From NCBI GenBank assembly GCA_002269645.1, contig NIVC01001458.1, positions 1 to 64,000 on the forward strand: DNA of 64,000 nt, read 5' to 3'. This DNA comes from Macrostomum lignano. Its lineage: Eukaryota. This document shows positions 1 to 12,506 of the stretch, one piece after another. The notes under the pieces were generated by a model. The model was not told the DNA's origin and searched no databases. It was given only the letters and a program-made list of their open reading frames with translations. The translations under genes were made by a program, and so were the position numbers. The stretch's first letter is position 1. Every line of letters begins with the position of its first letter.

Positions 1-3000
1 TGCACCTGTGTATATCAGCCCATTGAGTGTCATTTCTAAGCTCTCCATTTAATTCTATATATTGACAGCGACAGGGCTAGTTAGAGATGCTGAGAGTAGC
101 GGGCTCTGCGTCATCTTTGCACCTGTGTATATCAGCCCCATTGAGTGTCATTTCTAAGCTCTCCATTTAATTCTATATATTGACAGCGACAGGGCTAGTT
201 AGAGATGCTGAGAGTAGCGGGCTCTGCGTCATCTTTGCACTGTGTATCAGCCCCATTGAGTGTCATTTCTAAGCTCTCCATTTAATTCTATATATTGACA
301 GCGACAGGGCTAGTTAGAGATGCTGAGTGTAGCGGGCTCTGCGTCATCTTTGCACCTGTGTATATCAGCCCCATTGAGTGTCATTTCTAAGCTCTCCATT
401 TAATTCTATATATTGACAGCGACAGGGCTAGTTAGAGATGCTGAGAGTAGCGGGCTCTGCGTCATCTTTGCACCTGTGTATATCAGCCCATTGAGTGTCA
501 TTTCTAAGCTCTCCATTTAATTCTATATATTGACAGCGACAGGGCTAGTTAGAGATGCTGAGAGTAGCGGGCTCTGCGTCATCTTTGCACCTGTGTATAT
601 CAGCCCCATTGAGTGTCATTTCTAAGCTCTCCATTTAATTCTATATATTGACAGCGACAGGGCTAGTTAGAGATGCTGAGAGTAGCGGGCTCTGCGTCAT
701 CTTTGCACCTGTGTATATCAGCCCCATTGAGTGTCATTTCTAAGCTCTCCATTTAATTCTATATATTGACAGCGACAGGGCTAGTTAGAGATGCTGAGAG
801 TAGCGGGCTCTGCGTCATCTTTGCACCTGTGTATATCAGCCCATTGAGTGTCATTTCTAAGCTCTCCATTTAATTCTATATATTGACAGCGACAGGGCTA
901 GTTAGAGATGCTGAGAGTAGCGGGCTCTGCGTCATCTTTGCACCTGTGTATATCAGCCCCATTGAGTGTCATTTCTAAGCTCTCCATTTAATTCTATATA
1001 TTGACAGCGACAGGGCTAGTTAGAGATGCTGAGAGTAGCGGGCTCTGCGTCATCTTTGCACCTGTGTATATCAGCCCCATTGAGTGTCATTTCTAAGCTC
1101 TCCATTTAATTCTATATATTGACAGCGACAGGGCTAGTTAGAGATGCTGAGAGTAGCGGGCTCTGCGTCATCTTTGCACCTGTGTATATCAGCCCATTGA
1201 GTGTCATTTCTAAGCTCTCCATTTAATTCTATATATTGACAGCGACAGGGCTAGTTAGAGATGCTGAGAGTAGCGGGCTCTGCGTCATCTTTGCACCTGT
1301 GTATATCAGCCCCATTGAGTGTCATTTCTAAGCTCTCCATTTAATTCTATATATTGACAGCGACAGGGCTAGTTAGAGATGCTGAGAGTAGCGGGCTCTG
1401 CGTCATCTTTGCACCTGTGTATATCAGCCCCATTGAGTGTCATTTCTAAGCTCTCCATTTAATTCTATATATTGACAGCGACAGGGCTAGTTAGAGATGC
1501 TGAGAGTAGCGGGCTCTGCGTCATCTTTGCACCTGTGTATATCAGCCCCATTGAGTGTCATTTCTAAGCTCTCCATTTAATTCTATATATTGACAGCGAC
1601 AGGGCTAGTTAGAGATGCTGAGAGTAGCGGGCTCTGCGTCATCTTTGCACCTGTGTATATCAGCCCATTGAGTGTCATTTCTAAGCTCTCCATTTAATTC
1701 TATATATTGACAGCGACAGGGCTAGTTAGAGATGCTGAGAGTAGCGGGCTCTGCGTCATCTTTGCACCTGTGTATATCAGCCCCATTGAGTGTCATTTCT
1801 AAGCTCTCCATTTAATTCTATATATTGACAGCGACAGGGCTAGTTAGAGATGCTGAGAGTAGCGGGCTCTGCGTCATCTTTGCACCTGTGTATATCAGCC
1901 CCATTGAGTGTCATTTCTAAGCTCTCCATTTAATTCTATATATTGACAGCGACAGGGCTAGTTAGAGATGCTGAGAGTAGCGGGCTCTGCGTCATCTTTG
2001 CACCTGTGTATATCAGCCCCATTGAGTGTCATTTCTAAGCTCTCCATTTAATTCTATATATTGACAGCGACAGGGCTAGTTAGAGATGCTGAGAGTAGCG
2101 GGCTCTGCGTCATCTTTGCACCTGTGTATATCAGCCCCATTGAGTGTCATTTCTAAGCTCTCCATTTAATTCTATATATTGACAGCGACAGGGCTAGTTA
2201 GAGATGCTGAGAGTAGCGGGCTCTGCGTCATCTTTGCACCTGTGTATATCAGCCCCATTGAGTGTCATTTCTAAGCTCTCCATTTAATTCTATATATTGA
2301 CAGCGACAGGGCTAGTTAGAGATGCTGAGAGTAGCGGGCTCTGCGTCATCTTTGCACCTGTGTATATCAGCCCCATTGAGTGTCATTTCTAAGCTCTCCA
2401 TTTAATTCTATATATTGACAGCGACAGGGCTAGTTAGAGATGCTGAGAGTAGCGGGCTCTGCGTCATCTTTGCACCTGTGTATATCAGCCCCATTGAGTG
2501 TCATTTCTAAGCTCTCCATTTAATTCTATATATTGACAGCGACAGGGCTAGTTAGAGATGCTGAGAGTAGCGGGCTCTGCGTCATCTTTGCACCTGTGTA
2601 TATCAGCCCCATTGAGTGTCATTTCTAAGCTCTCCATTTAATTCTATATATTGACAGCGACAGGGCTAGTTAGAGATGCTGAGAGTAGCGGGCTCTGCGT
2701 CATCTTTGCACCTGTGTATATCAGCCCCATTGAGTGTCATTTCTAAGCTCTCCATTTAATTCTATATATTGACAGCGACAGGGCTAGTTAGAGATGCTGA
2801 GAGTAGCGGGCTCTGCGTCATCTTTGCACCTGTGTATATCAGCCCCATTGAGTGTCATTTCTAAGCTCTCCATTTAATTCTATATATTGACAGCGACAGG
2901 GCTAGTTAGAGATGCTGAGAGTAGCGGGCTCTGCGTCATCTTTGCACCTGTGTATATCAGCCCCATTGAGTGTCATTTCTAAGCTCTCCATTTAATTCTA

Positions 3001-6000
3001 TATATTGACAGCGACAGGGCTAGTTAGAGATGCTGAGAGTAGCGGGCTCTGCGTCATCTTTGCACCTGTGTATATCAGCCCCATTGAGTGTCATTTCTAA
3101 GCTCTCCATTTAATTCTATATATTGACAGCGACAGGGCTAGTTAGAGATGCTGAGAGTAGCGGGCTCTGCGTCATCTTTGCACCTGTGTATATCAGCCCC
3201 ATTGAGTGTCATTTCTAAGCTCTCCATTTAATTCTATATATTGACAGCGACAGGGCTAGTTAGAGATGCTGAGAGTAGCGGGCTCTGCGTCATCTTTGCA
3301 CCTGTGTATATCAGCCCCATTGAGTGTCATTTCTAAGCTCTCCATTTAATTCTATATATTGACAGCGACAGGGCTAGTTAGAGATGCTGAGAGTAGCGGG
3401 CTCTGCGTCATCTTTGCACCTGTGTATATCAGCCCCATTGAGTGTCATTTCTAAGCTCTCCATTTAATTCTATATATTGACAGCGACAGGGCTAGTTAGA
3501 GATGCTGAGAGTAGCGGGCTCTGCGTCATCTTTGCACCTGTGTATATCAGCCCCATTGAGTGTCATTTCTAAGCTCTCCATTTAATTCTATATATTGACA
3601 GCGACAGGGCTAGTTAGAGATGCTGAGAGTAGCGGGCTCTGCGTCATCTTTGCACCTGTGTATATCAGCCCCATTGAGTGTCATTTCTAAGCTCTCCATT
3701 TAATTCTATATATTGACAGCGACAGGGCTAGTTAGAGATGCTGAGAGTAGCGGGCTCTGCGTCATCTTTGCACCTGTGTATATCAGCCCCATTGAGTGTC
3801 ATTTCTAAGCTCTCCATTTAATTCTATATATTGACAGCGACAGGGCTAGTTAGAGATGCTGAGAGTAGCGGGCTCTGCGTCATCTTTGCACCTGTGTATA
3901 TCAGCCCCATTGAGTGTCATTTCTAAGCTCTCCATTTAATTCTATATATTGACAGCGACAGGGCTAGTTAGAGATGCTGAGAGTAGCGGGCTCTGCGTCA
4001 TCTTTGCACCTGTGTATATCAGCCCCATTGAGTGTCATTTCTAAGCTCTCCATTTAATTCTATATATTGACAGCGACAGGGCTAGTTAGAGATGCTGAGA
4101 GTAGCGGGCTCTGCGTCATCTTTGCACCTGTGTATATCAGCCCCATTGAGTGTCATTTCTAAGCTCTCCATTTAATTCTATATATTGACAGCGACAGGGC
4201 TAGTTAGAGATGCTGAGAGTAGCGGGCTCTGCGTCATCTTTGCACCTGTGTATATCAGCCCCATTGAGTGTCATTTCTAAGCTCTCCATTTAATTCTATA
4301 TATTGACAGCGACAGGGCTAGTTAGAGATGCTGAGAGTAGCGGGCTCTGCGTCATCTTTGCACCTGTGTATATCAGCCCCATTGAGTGTCATTTCTAAGC
4401 TCTCCATTTAATTCTATATATTGACAGCGACAGGGCTAGTTAGAGATGCTGAGAGTAGCGGGCTCTGCGTCATCTTTGCACCTGTGTATATCAGCCCCAT
4501 TGAGTGTCATTTCTAAGCTCTCCATTTAATTCTATATATTGACAGCGACAGGGCTAGTTAGAGATGCTGAGAGTAGCGGGCTCTGCGTCATCTTTGCACC
4601 TGTGTATATCAGCCCCATTGAGTGTCATTTCTAAGCTCTCCATTTAATTCTATATATTGACAGCGACAGGGCTAGTTAGAGATGCTGAGTGTAGCGGGCT
4701 CTGCGTCATCTTTGCACCTGTGTATATCAGCCCCATTGAGTGTCATTTCTAAGCTCTCCATTTAATTCTATATATTGACAGCGACAGGGCTAGTTAGAGA
4801 TGCTGAGAGTAGCGGGCTCTGCGTCATCTTTGCACCTGTGTATATCAGCCCCATTGAGTGTCATTTCTAAGCTCTCCATTTAATTCTATATATTGACAGC
4901 GACAGGGCTAGTTAGAGATGCTGAGAGTAGCGGGCTCTGCGTCATCTTTGCACCTGTGTATATCAGCCCCATTGAGTGTCATTTCTAAGCTCTCCATTTA
5001 ATTCTATATATTGACAGCGACAGGGCTAGTTAGAGATGCTGAGAGTAGCGGGCTCTGCGTCATCTTTGCACCTGTGTATATCAGCCCCATTGAGTGTCAT
5101 TTCTAAGCTCTCCATTTAATTCTATATATTGACAGCGACAGGGCTAGTTAGAGATGCTGAGAGTAGCGGGCTCTGCGTCATCTTTGCACCTGTGTATATC
5201 AGCCCCATTGAGTGTCATTTCTAAGCTCTCCATTTAATTCTATATATTGACAGCGACAGGGCTAGTTAGAGATGCTGAGAGTAGCGGGCTCTGCGTCATC
5301 TTTGCACCTGTGTATATCAGCCCCATTGAGTGTCATTTCTAAGCTCTCCATTTAATTCTATATATTGACAGCGACAGGGCTAGTTAGAGATGCTGAGTGT
5401 AGCGGGCTCTGCGTCATCTTTGCACCTGTGTATATCAGCCCCATTGAGTGTCATTTCTAAGCTCTCCATTTAATTCTATATATTGACAGCGACAGGGCTA
5501 GTTAGAGATGCTGAGAGTAGCGGGCTCTGCGTCATCTTTGCACCTGTGTATATCAGCCCCATTGAGTGTCATTTCTAAGCTCTCCATTTAATTCTATATA
5601 TTGACAGCGACAGGGCTAGTTAGAGATGCTGAGAGTAGCGGGCTCTGCGTCATCTTTGCACCTGTGTATATCAGCCCCATTGAGTGTCATTTCTAAGCTC
5701 TCCATTTAATTCTATATATTGACAGCGACAGGGCTAGTTAGAGATGCTGAGAGTAGCGGGCTCTGCGTCATCTTTGCACCTGTGTATATCAGCCCCATTG
5801 AGTGTCATTTCTAAGCTCTCCATTTAATTCTATATATTGACAGCGACAGGGCTAGTTAGAGATGCTGAGAGTAGCGGGCTCTGCGTCATCTTTGCACCTG
5901 TGTATATCAGCCCCATTGAGTGTCATTTCTAAGCTCTCCATTTAATTCTATATATTGACAGCGACAGGGCTAGTTAGAGATGCTGAGAGTAGCGGGCTCT

Positions 6001-7261
6001 GCGTCATCTTTGCACCTGTGTATATCAGCCCCATTGAGTGTCATTTCTAAGCTCTCCATTTAATTCTATATATTGACAGCGACAGGGCTAGTTAGAGATG
6101 CTGAGAGTAGCGGGCTCTGCGTCATCTTTGCACCTGTGTATATCAGCCCCATTGAGTGTCATTTCTAAGCTCTCCATTTAATTCTATATATTGACAGCGA
6201 CAGGGCTAGTTAGAGATGCTGAGAGTAGCGGGCTCTGCGTCATCTTTGCACCTGTGTATATCAGCCCCATTGAGTGTCATTTCTAAGCTCTCCATTTAAT
6301 TCTATATATTGACAGCGACAGGGCTAGTTAGAGATGCTGAGAGTAGCGGGCTCTGCGTCATCTTTGCACCTGTGTATATCAGCCCCATTGAGTGTCATTT
6401 CTAAGCTCTCCATTTAATTCTATATATTGACAGCGACAGGGCTAGTTAGAGATGCTGAGAGTAGCGGGCTCTGCGTCATCTTTGCACCTGTGTATATCAG
6501 CCCCATTGAGTGTCATTTCTAAGCTCTCCATTTAATTCTATATATTGACAGCGACAGGGCTAGTTAGAGATGCTGAGAGTAGCGGGCTCTGCGTCATCTT
6601 TGCACCTGTGTATATCAGCCCCATTGAGTGTCATTTCTAAGCTCTCCATTTAATTCTATATATTGACAGCGACAGGGCTAGTTAGAGATGCTGAGAGTAG
6701 CGGGCTCTGCGTCATCTTTGCACCTGTGTATATCAGCCCCATTGAGTGTCATTTCTAAGCTCTCCATTTAATTCTATATATTGACAGCGACAGGGCTAGT
6801 TAGAGATGCTGAGAGTAGCGGGCTCTGCGTCATCTTTGCACCTGTGTATATCAGCCCCATTGAGTGTCATTTCTAAGCTCTCCATTTAATTCTATATATT
6901 GACAGCGACAGGGCTAGTTAGAGATGCTGAGAGTAGCGGGCTCTGCGTCATCTTTGCACCTGTGTATATCAGCCCCATTGAGTGTCATTTCTAAGCTCTC
7001 CATTTAATTCTATATATTGACAGCGACAGGGCTAGTTAGAGATGCTGAGAGTAGCGGGCTCTGCGTCATCTTTGCACCTGTGTATATCAGCCCCATTGAG
7101 TGTCATTTCTAAGCTCTCCATTTAATTCTATATATTGACAGCGACAGGGCTAGTTAGAGATGCTGAGTGTAGCGGGCTCTGCGTCATCTTTGCACCTGTG
7201 TATATCAGCCCCATTGAGTGTCATTTCTAAGCTCTCCATTTAATTCTATATATTGACAGCG
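1..7261. repeat. 118-bp tandem satellite, about 61 near-identical copies, truncated by the window start
   Basis: Unit TGCACCTGTGTATATCAGCCCCATTGAGTGTCATTTCTAAGCTCTCCATTTAATTCTATATATTGACAGCGACAGGGCTAGTTAGAGATGCTGAGAGTAGCGGGCTCTGCGTCATCTT. Phase shifts by 2 nt per 120 nt. Only rare variants occur (CCC vs CCCC; GAGTGTAGC). Ends at ...TATTGACAGCG. Confidence 0.98.
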
Positions 7262-8429
7262 CCGCTATAGTTTAAATCCATGTTTGAATTTACTGCGCTC
7301 GTACATTTTAACTTATACTTGATATTGACAGGTTAGCTCAGAAATATTTCGCCAGCTTCTTTAGTAATGGCTTTTTATCAAAATACAATTGGGCTTTGCT
7401 TTTACTTTTGGTTTGGTCACCTGCTGTGAGCGTTCCACTTTTTATCTATATATTGTTTTGTATTATGCACAGCGGTTTGTTTGGAGGTGTGTTTCGCGCT
7501 TTTCTCGATCTTTCCACTGTAGCTGGATTTTGAGTAAAGATAAGAATCGCAGTTCTCACGATTGCTTAAAAGCAAATACGTGCTCTGGGTATGCTCAAGA
7601 TTGCGCAATGCTCGGTGACAGTGATGGGTGGTTCATGGTGGAAGACACCTATCTAAGCAAATTTGTTGCACCAAACTTATGATTGCGCCATTATCGTAAA
7701 GAATAGTGTCAAGCAGTTCCAAATATGTAAAATTGTAAACTTTATTTAGTCACCAAAGTGGAGTTAAGATTGCAACCAATGAAATTTTATCTACTCTTTG
7801 ATTTGTTGATGACTGACTTCATCCTAATTTTTGAGCATATACGTCTTTTTCTTGCATATTTAATCTATTTCTCGAATTTCTATTTTGCATCATTCATTTA
7901 ATTCCTATCCAATTCATTGTGTGTCATTTATTTGTTATCCACTGCCCACTGTATATTGACAGCAGCGGATCTCACAGAGCTACTCAATGAATTGAAAATG
8001 CAGAAATAACTGAGTATTCGAAACCCAAACTGGATTAGGGTCGATCAGTGAGTCTGGCTGTGAGGCTGTGAATGAGGCAGTGAATGAGGCTGTGAATGAG
8101 GCTGTGAATGTGAGTGGGGCATATTGTACCTAATGTATGTTTCATGCTGGTTAATGCGCATGTTTCATTTTGAATCAAAGTAATTTGGTGTCAAAATGAG
8201 TCACTACTGAAATGAAGCAGTCCACCCCTTCGAGTCTAAAAGCATAGTGGATTTGACACGTACTATGAACGTGAAATATTTTGACCACCCCATTCCGAAC
8301 CAATGAAAATTAGAGTGAACTTGTTGATGTCAAACTGCCGCTTCATATAAAATGGGACTTCAGTTGGCCTTTCAAAAAGCCAGATTTCTATTTGTCAATT
8401 AATTTCATTTTTTCAATAAATTAACCCAA

Positions 8430-9945
8430 ATGTCCAAACAATTGGAGTTCATAAAACAGCTGATAAGCCGCAAAGGCAAATGCTATGACGTCGCTAAGCG
8501 GCAAAAGTCGTTTGAGAAAGAGCTCGCCGCGTCTGATCGATTCCAGTTAATGGTAAGTGAAGGTGAAGAGCAATATTTTTACCAATAACTGCCCTGTCTC
8601 TACCATTCTACCCTGTCTCTACCATTCTACCCTGTCTCTACCATTCTGCCCTGTCTCTACCATTCTACCCTGTCTCTACCATTCTGCCCTGTCTCTACCA
8701 TTCTGCCCTTTCTCTACCATTCTGCCCTGTCTCTACCATTCTACCCTTTCTCTACCATTCTGCCCTGTCTCTACCATTCTGCCCTGTCTCTACCATTCTA
8801 CCCTTTCTCTACCATTCTGCCCTGTCTCTACCATTCTACCCTGTCTCTACCATTCTGCCCTGTCTCTACCATTCTACCCTGTCTCTACCATTCTGCCCTG
8901 TCTCTACCATTCTACCCTGTCTCTACCATTCTGCCCTGTCTCTACCATTCTGCCCTTTCTCTACCATTCTGCCCTGTCTCTACCATTCTGCCCTGTCTCT
9001 ACCATTCTGCCCTGTCTCTACCATTCTGCCCTGTCTCTACCATTCTGCCCTGTCTCTACCATACTGCCCTGTCTCTACCATTCTGCCCTTTCTCTACCAT
9101 TCTGCCCTGTCTCTACCATTCTGCCCTGTCTCTACCATTCTGCCCTGTCTCTACCATTCTGCCCTGTCTCTACCATTCTGCCCTGTCTCTACCATTCTGC
9201 CCTGTCTCTACCATTCTGCCCTGTCTCTACCATACTGCCCTGTCTCTACCATTCTGCCCTTTCTCTACCATTCTGCCCTGTCTCTACCATTCTGCCCTGT
9301 CTCTACCATTCTGCCCTGTCTCTACCATTCTGCCCTGTCTCTACCATTCTGCCCTGTCTCTACCATTCTGCCCTGTCTCTACCATACTGCCCTGTTTCTA
9401 CCATACTGCCCTGTCTCTACCATTCTGCCCTGTCTCTACCATTCTGCCCTTTCTCTACCATTCTGCCCTGTCTCTACCATTCTGCCCTGTCTCTACCATT
9501 CTGCCCTGTCTCTACCATTCTGCCCTGTCTCTACCATTCTGCCCTTTCTCTACCAATAACTGCCCTGTCTCTACCATTCTGCCCTGTCTCTACCAATAAC
9601 TGCCCTGTCTCTACCATTCTGCCCTATCTCTACCATTCTGCCCTGTCTCTACCATTCTGCCCTGTCTCTACCATTCTGCCCTGTCTCTACCATTCTGCCC
9701 TTTCTCTACCAATAACTGCCCTGTCTCTACCAATAACTGCCCTGTCTCTACCATTCTGCCCTGTCTCTACCAATAACTGCAATTTCTCTACTCAGACCGA
9801 TGCGTCACAGCCCGGATCAGCTGAGCAGCCGCCCACCGCAGCCCAGCAGCCGCCCGGCCCAGCTGAGCGGCCCAAGTCGCATGCCGGCAGGAGTACATTT
9901 GCCCATTCGGTGACTGCCTACCAATGCACTATTTCAACATGCTAA
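8430..9945 (+). CDS. Predicted 2-exon, 90-aa protein of unknown function (exons 8430-8552, 9796-9945)
   Basis: ATG at 8430 opens MSKQLEFIKQLISRKGKCYDVAKRQKSFEKELAASDRFQLM, followed by a strong donor ATG|GTAAGT. Acceptor TTTCTCTACTCAG| continues in phase 0 with TDASQPGSAEQPP...YQCTISTC*. No family recognised. Confidence 0.5.
8581..9780. repeat. 19-bp minisatellite (CTGCCCTGTCTCTACCATT), about 63 copies, intronic
   Basis: Direct periodicity; explains the repetitive 462-aa ORF 8557-9945. Confidence 0.95.
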
Positions 9946-10378
9946 TATAACTATTTTCTAACATGTGAAACATGTAAAGATAATATAATATTTGAAAACT
10001 TATTAATTATAACTAAAATTCGTATGCACATAAAATATAATTATAAAATTTGCAAGTAAATAATATATATAACTAAAATAGCTGGACTTGTGTCTAATGC
10101 GATTTATTTGAAACCCTTTGGAGCTGCGATCGAATTATTTTCGCATTTCTACTATTAGTAGCATGTAATGCAAAATTTATAGTTTTTTGCGAAACTTTTA
10201 TGTGTCATATTTCGAAATATTCTGGTCGGATATATTTTTTTGGAGTGTCATATCTGTGATGTGGCCTGTCGGGTATCCCCTACGATGTGCGTCATTTCTT
10301 TGTTTTGGGTCATCACTGATAACATAGGGAGAATTCGGTAACAAAGTAATCCAATGAAAGCCTGAACGGGGCTGAAGT

Positions 10379-10689
10379 GAGCTGTGCAAAATCAGCTTAT
10401 TCTGACTTTGCTTTTTGGATCTACAAGTATTGATAAAATTTAGATCTATTTTTCTCCATCCTTTAGACACACAGACTTTCAATATTGATTAGGAGTTGTC
10501 AAAAATGAAGCGGACTTTAATTGGGTACACAAACCATAGATCGTGTCAGTTTTGAAGCAACTCTGTCAAAATTGAATCGGACTTTGCAGCCCAACCAGTC
10601 AGGCTATTTTAGTCTCTGTGTGTTTAAAGGATCGAGAAAAATAAATTTTATCAGTACTTGTAGATCCAAAAAGCAAAGTAGCACAGCTC
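10379..10689. repeat. Imperfect inverted repeat, arms about 10405-10477 and 10611-10679, with outer 9-bp arms GAGCTGTGC/GCACAGCTC
   Basis: Left arm ACTTTGCTTTTTGGATCTACAAGTATTGATAAAATTTA...CCTTTAGACACACAGACT is the reverse complement of right arm AGTCTCTGTGTGTTTAAAGG...TAAATTTTATCAGTACTTGTAGATCCAAAAAGCAAAGT, with a few mismatches and small indels. Confidence 0.85.
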
Positions 10690-10728
10690 CCTTGCGGGGG
10701 TGTGGGGGCAGAGCCCCCACTAATTGGA

Positions 10729-12506
10729 CCATAGACAATTTTTTAGAATACAGTTCTCTAAAAGAAAAGCTCGACCATGAAGTCTGTTAGGAAGTTAAGA
10801 ACTAGAAGCAAGAAGCGAGAGAAATCGAATTAAAAATGCCTCTTATCAACTGGAAAAACCTACCGGTCGACAGTTTAGATGGCGTCTCGTCTACTGAACT
10901 AGATTTTCTGAGTGAACTGAGCGCCGTGAACCACAGTTCCGATGAAATTCTTGGAGATTTTATCGACTACCTGACTAAAATCGAGACGGCTGATGAGGGG
11001 ATCATGAGGCCGCTGCGGTTTCTAGTGTCGAGCTTCCAGAACTATCTGATTTACCCAGTGCGATGGATGTTGCCGAACTGGAATCACTGCCGAGCACTAC
11101 ACGAGAACACATGTTTCTGTATGGCAAAATGTTCGTGGAGTTTTTGAAGAAGCATGGTGCTGTGGATGTAAGCGTGATCAGTGACAGTCGCTTGGCCGAA
11201 TTTTTAAGGTTCTTTTACTTCTGTCTAAAAAAATCTGACGGCAGTTGCTATTCGCCAGCTACGTTGGTCTGCATTCGTGCTGGAGTGCAGAGGTACTTGA
11301 CTCTCGTGCTGAAGCGTCGAACAAATATTATTTCCAGTGACGAGTTCGCCACTGCCAACCGGATGCTGCGAGTAAAGGTGCGGCATTTTCATGCTGATGG
11401 AGGCACTGTCAATCAGCACGAGCCAATAGAAGAAGGTGATTTACAGAAAATGCGTGCTTATTTTGACCGTTCTACAGCAGAACGGTTGCAAGATGAAGTA
11501 CTATTTACGCTGCTGTATGTCCTGGGCGAGAGAGGTCAAGAACACCTGTCAAGTCTAAAGCAAGTTGGCACGCTCCAAGAAGAATTCGACGCTGATGGGA
11601 ATCCATATCTTGCGTTGCCGCCGTTAAAGACAAAAAACCAGACTAGCGATCCAACAAAATGCAAGGGAAATCAGCGCAAACAGAGTCGGATCTACGGCGC
11701 TCAGCGGGAGTTGATCCTGCATTATCAGAGTTTGTTACCGCAGAATTCGTCCTCGTTCTTTCCGCGCCCTCTGACTAACAATTCGGGAGGACAAATTCGA
11801 TTCTCTGCTACGCAAGTGCGCGGTGTCAATTGGTTGGCTGCATTCATGAAGCACATTAGTAGTGTGTGCAACCTCTCCAAGCAGTACACGAATCACTGCA
11901 TACGCGTCACGCGTATTGCGGATCTTTTCGACAAAGGAATGCCTATGGGGGAGATAATGGCGGTAACAGGACAACGATCGGAGTCCACTGTTCGACGTTA
12001 TCTCGCACGCAAGCGTGACAGAACCCTCAGGAAGGTTGCTACCGCTGTTAGTGACAATTTGGCCCCACCAACCGATGCAACCACTAGTGCAACAGTCATG
12101 CAGCAAGCTCAAGTTGACCTGCGAAGTGTGCAACAGCCGATGTTTGCCAACTGCCTCTTCGATGGGTGCACATTCAAATTCTAACAAAGAATATATAGCT
12201 CGTACTTATAAGTCTTAACTGTCGAAAATCAAATACTTTGGTATTCGTTTGCTTTGCTATATCCTCGATCTGTTTCCTGTTAAAGTTCTTGTTGCTTAAA
12301 TTAATAAAAACAGTGAATTTCTCGCTCATCATCTATGGCAATTTATCGTGACTTAACAGCTTCATTAAAAAATGCATTAAAAAACGATAGTCTATATGAT
12401 AATGGCTATTATTTTATATAAAATCGCGGATTGCTTATTTTGGGGGTATTCCATCTGGTCGACAGCCCCCGCTGGAGATGTGTGCCCTCACAATTGAACC
12501 ATAGAC
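10729..12506 (+). mobile_element. Crypton-like tyrosine-recombinase DNA transposon (boundaries tentative)
   Basis: Contains the YR ORF with no RT or RNase H nearby. AATAAA at 12303. CCATAGAC motifs at 10729, 12499 and 12580 and an inverted ATCTATGG at 12331-12338 are candidate termini. Confidence 0.7.
11063..12184 (+). CDS. Tyrosine recombinase, CryptonA/DUF3504-like, 373 aa, intronless; the true N-terminus may start at 10836 through a frameshift
   Basis: Crypton-type N-terminal block FLRFFYFCLKKSDGSCYSPATLVCIRAGVQRYL. Catalytic-domain motifs GERGQEH (R), KTKNQ (K), YTNHCIR (HxxR) and TGQRSESTVRRY (Q at the usual His position, then the Tyr nucleophile). Confidence 0.88.
   Translation: MDVAELESLPSTTREHMFLYGKMFVEFLKKHGAVDVSVISDSRLAEFLRFFYFCLKKSDGSCYSPATLVCIRAGVQRYLTLVLKRRTNIISSDEFATANRMLRVKVRHFHADGGTVNQHEPIEEGDLQKMRAYFDRSTAERLQDEVLFTLLYVLGERGQEHLSSLKQVGTLQEEFDADGNPYLALPPLKTKNQTSDPTKCKGNQRKQSRIYGAQRELILHYQSLLPQNSSSFFPRPLTNNSGGQIRFSATQVRGVNWLAAFMKHISSVCNLSKQYTNHCIRVTRIADLFDKGMPMGEIMAVTGQRSESTVRRYLARKRDRTLRKVATAVSDNLAPPTDATTSATVMQQAQVDLRSVQQPMFANCLFDGCTFKF

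Noticed and set aside
6-69. CTGT...ACAG in the satellite unit resembling a LexA SOS box
   Set aside because: Spacing is not CTGT-N8-ACAG and the sequence is eukaryotic.
1-7261. CRISPR array
   Set aside because: Units are identical end to end with no unique spacers, there are no cas genes, and the context is eukaryotic.
7389-7682. 97-aa ORF after the satellite
   Set aside because: TTG start, no recognisable motif and no splice support.
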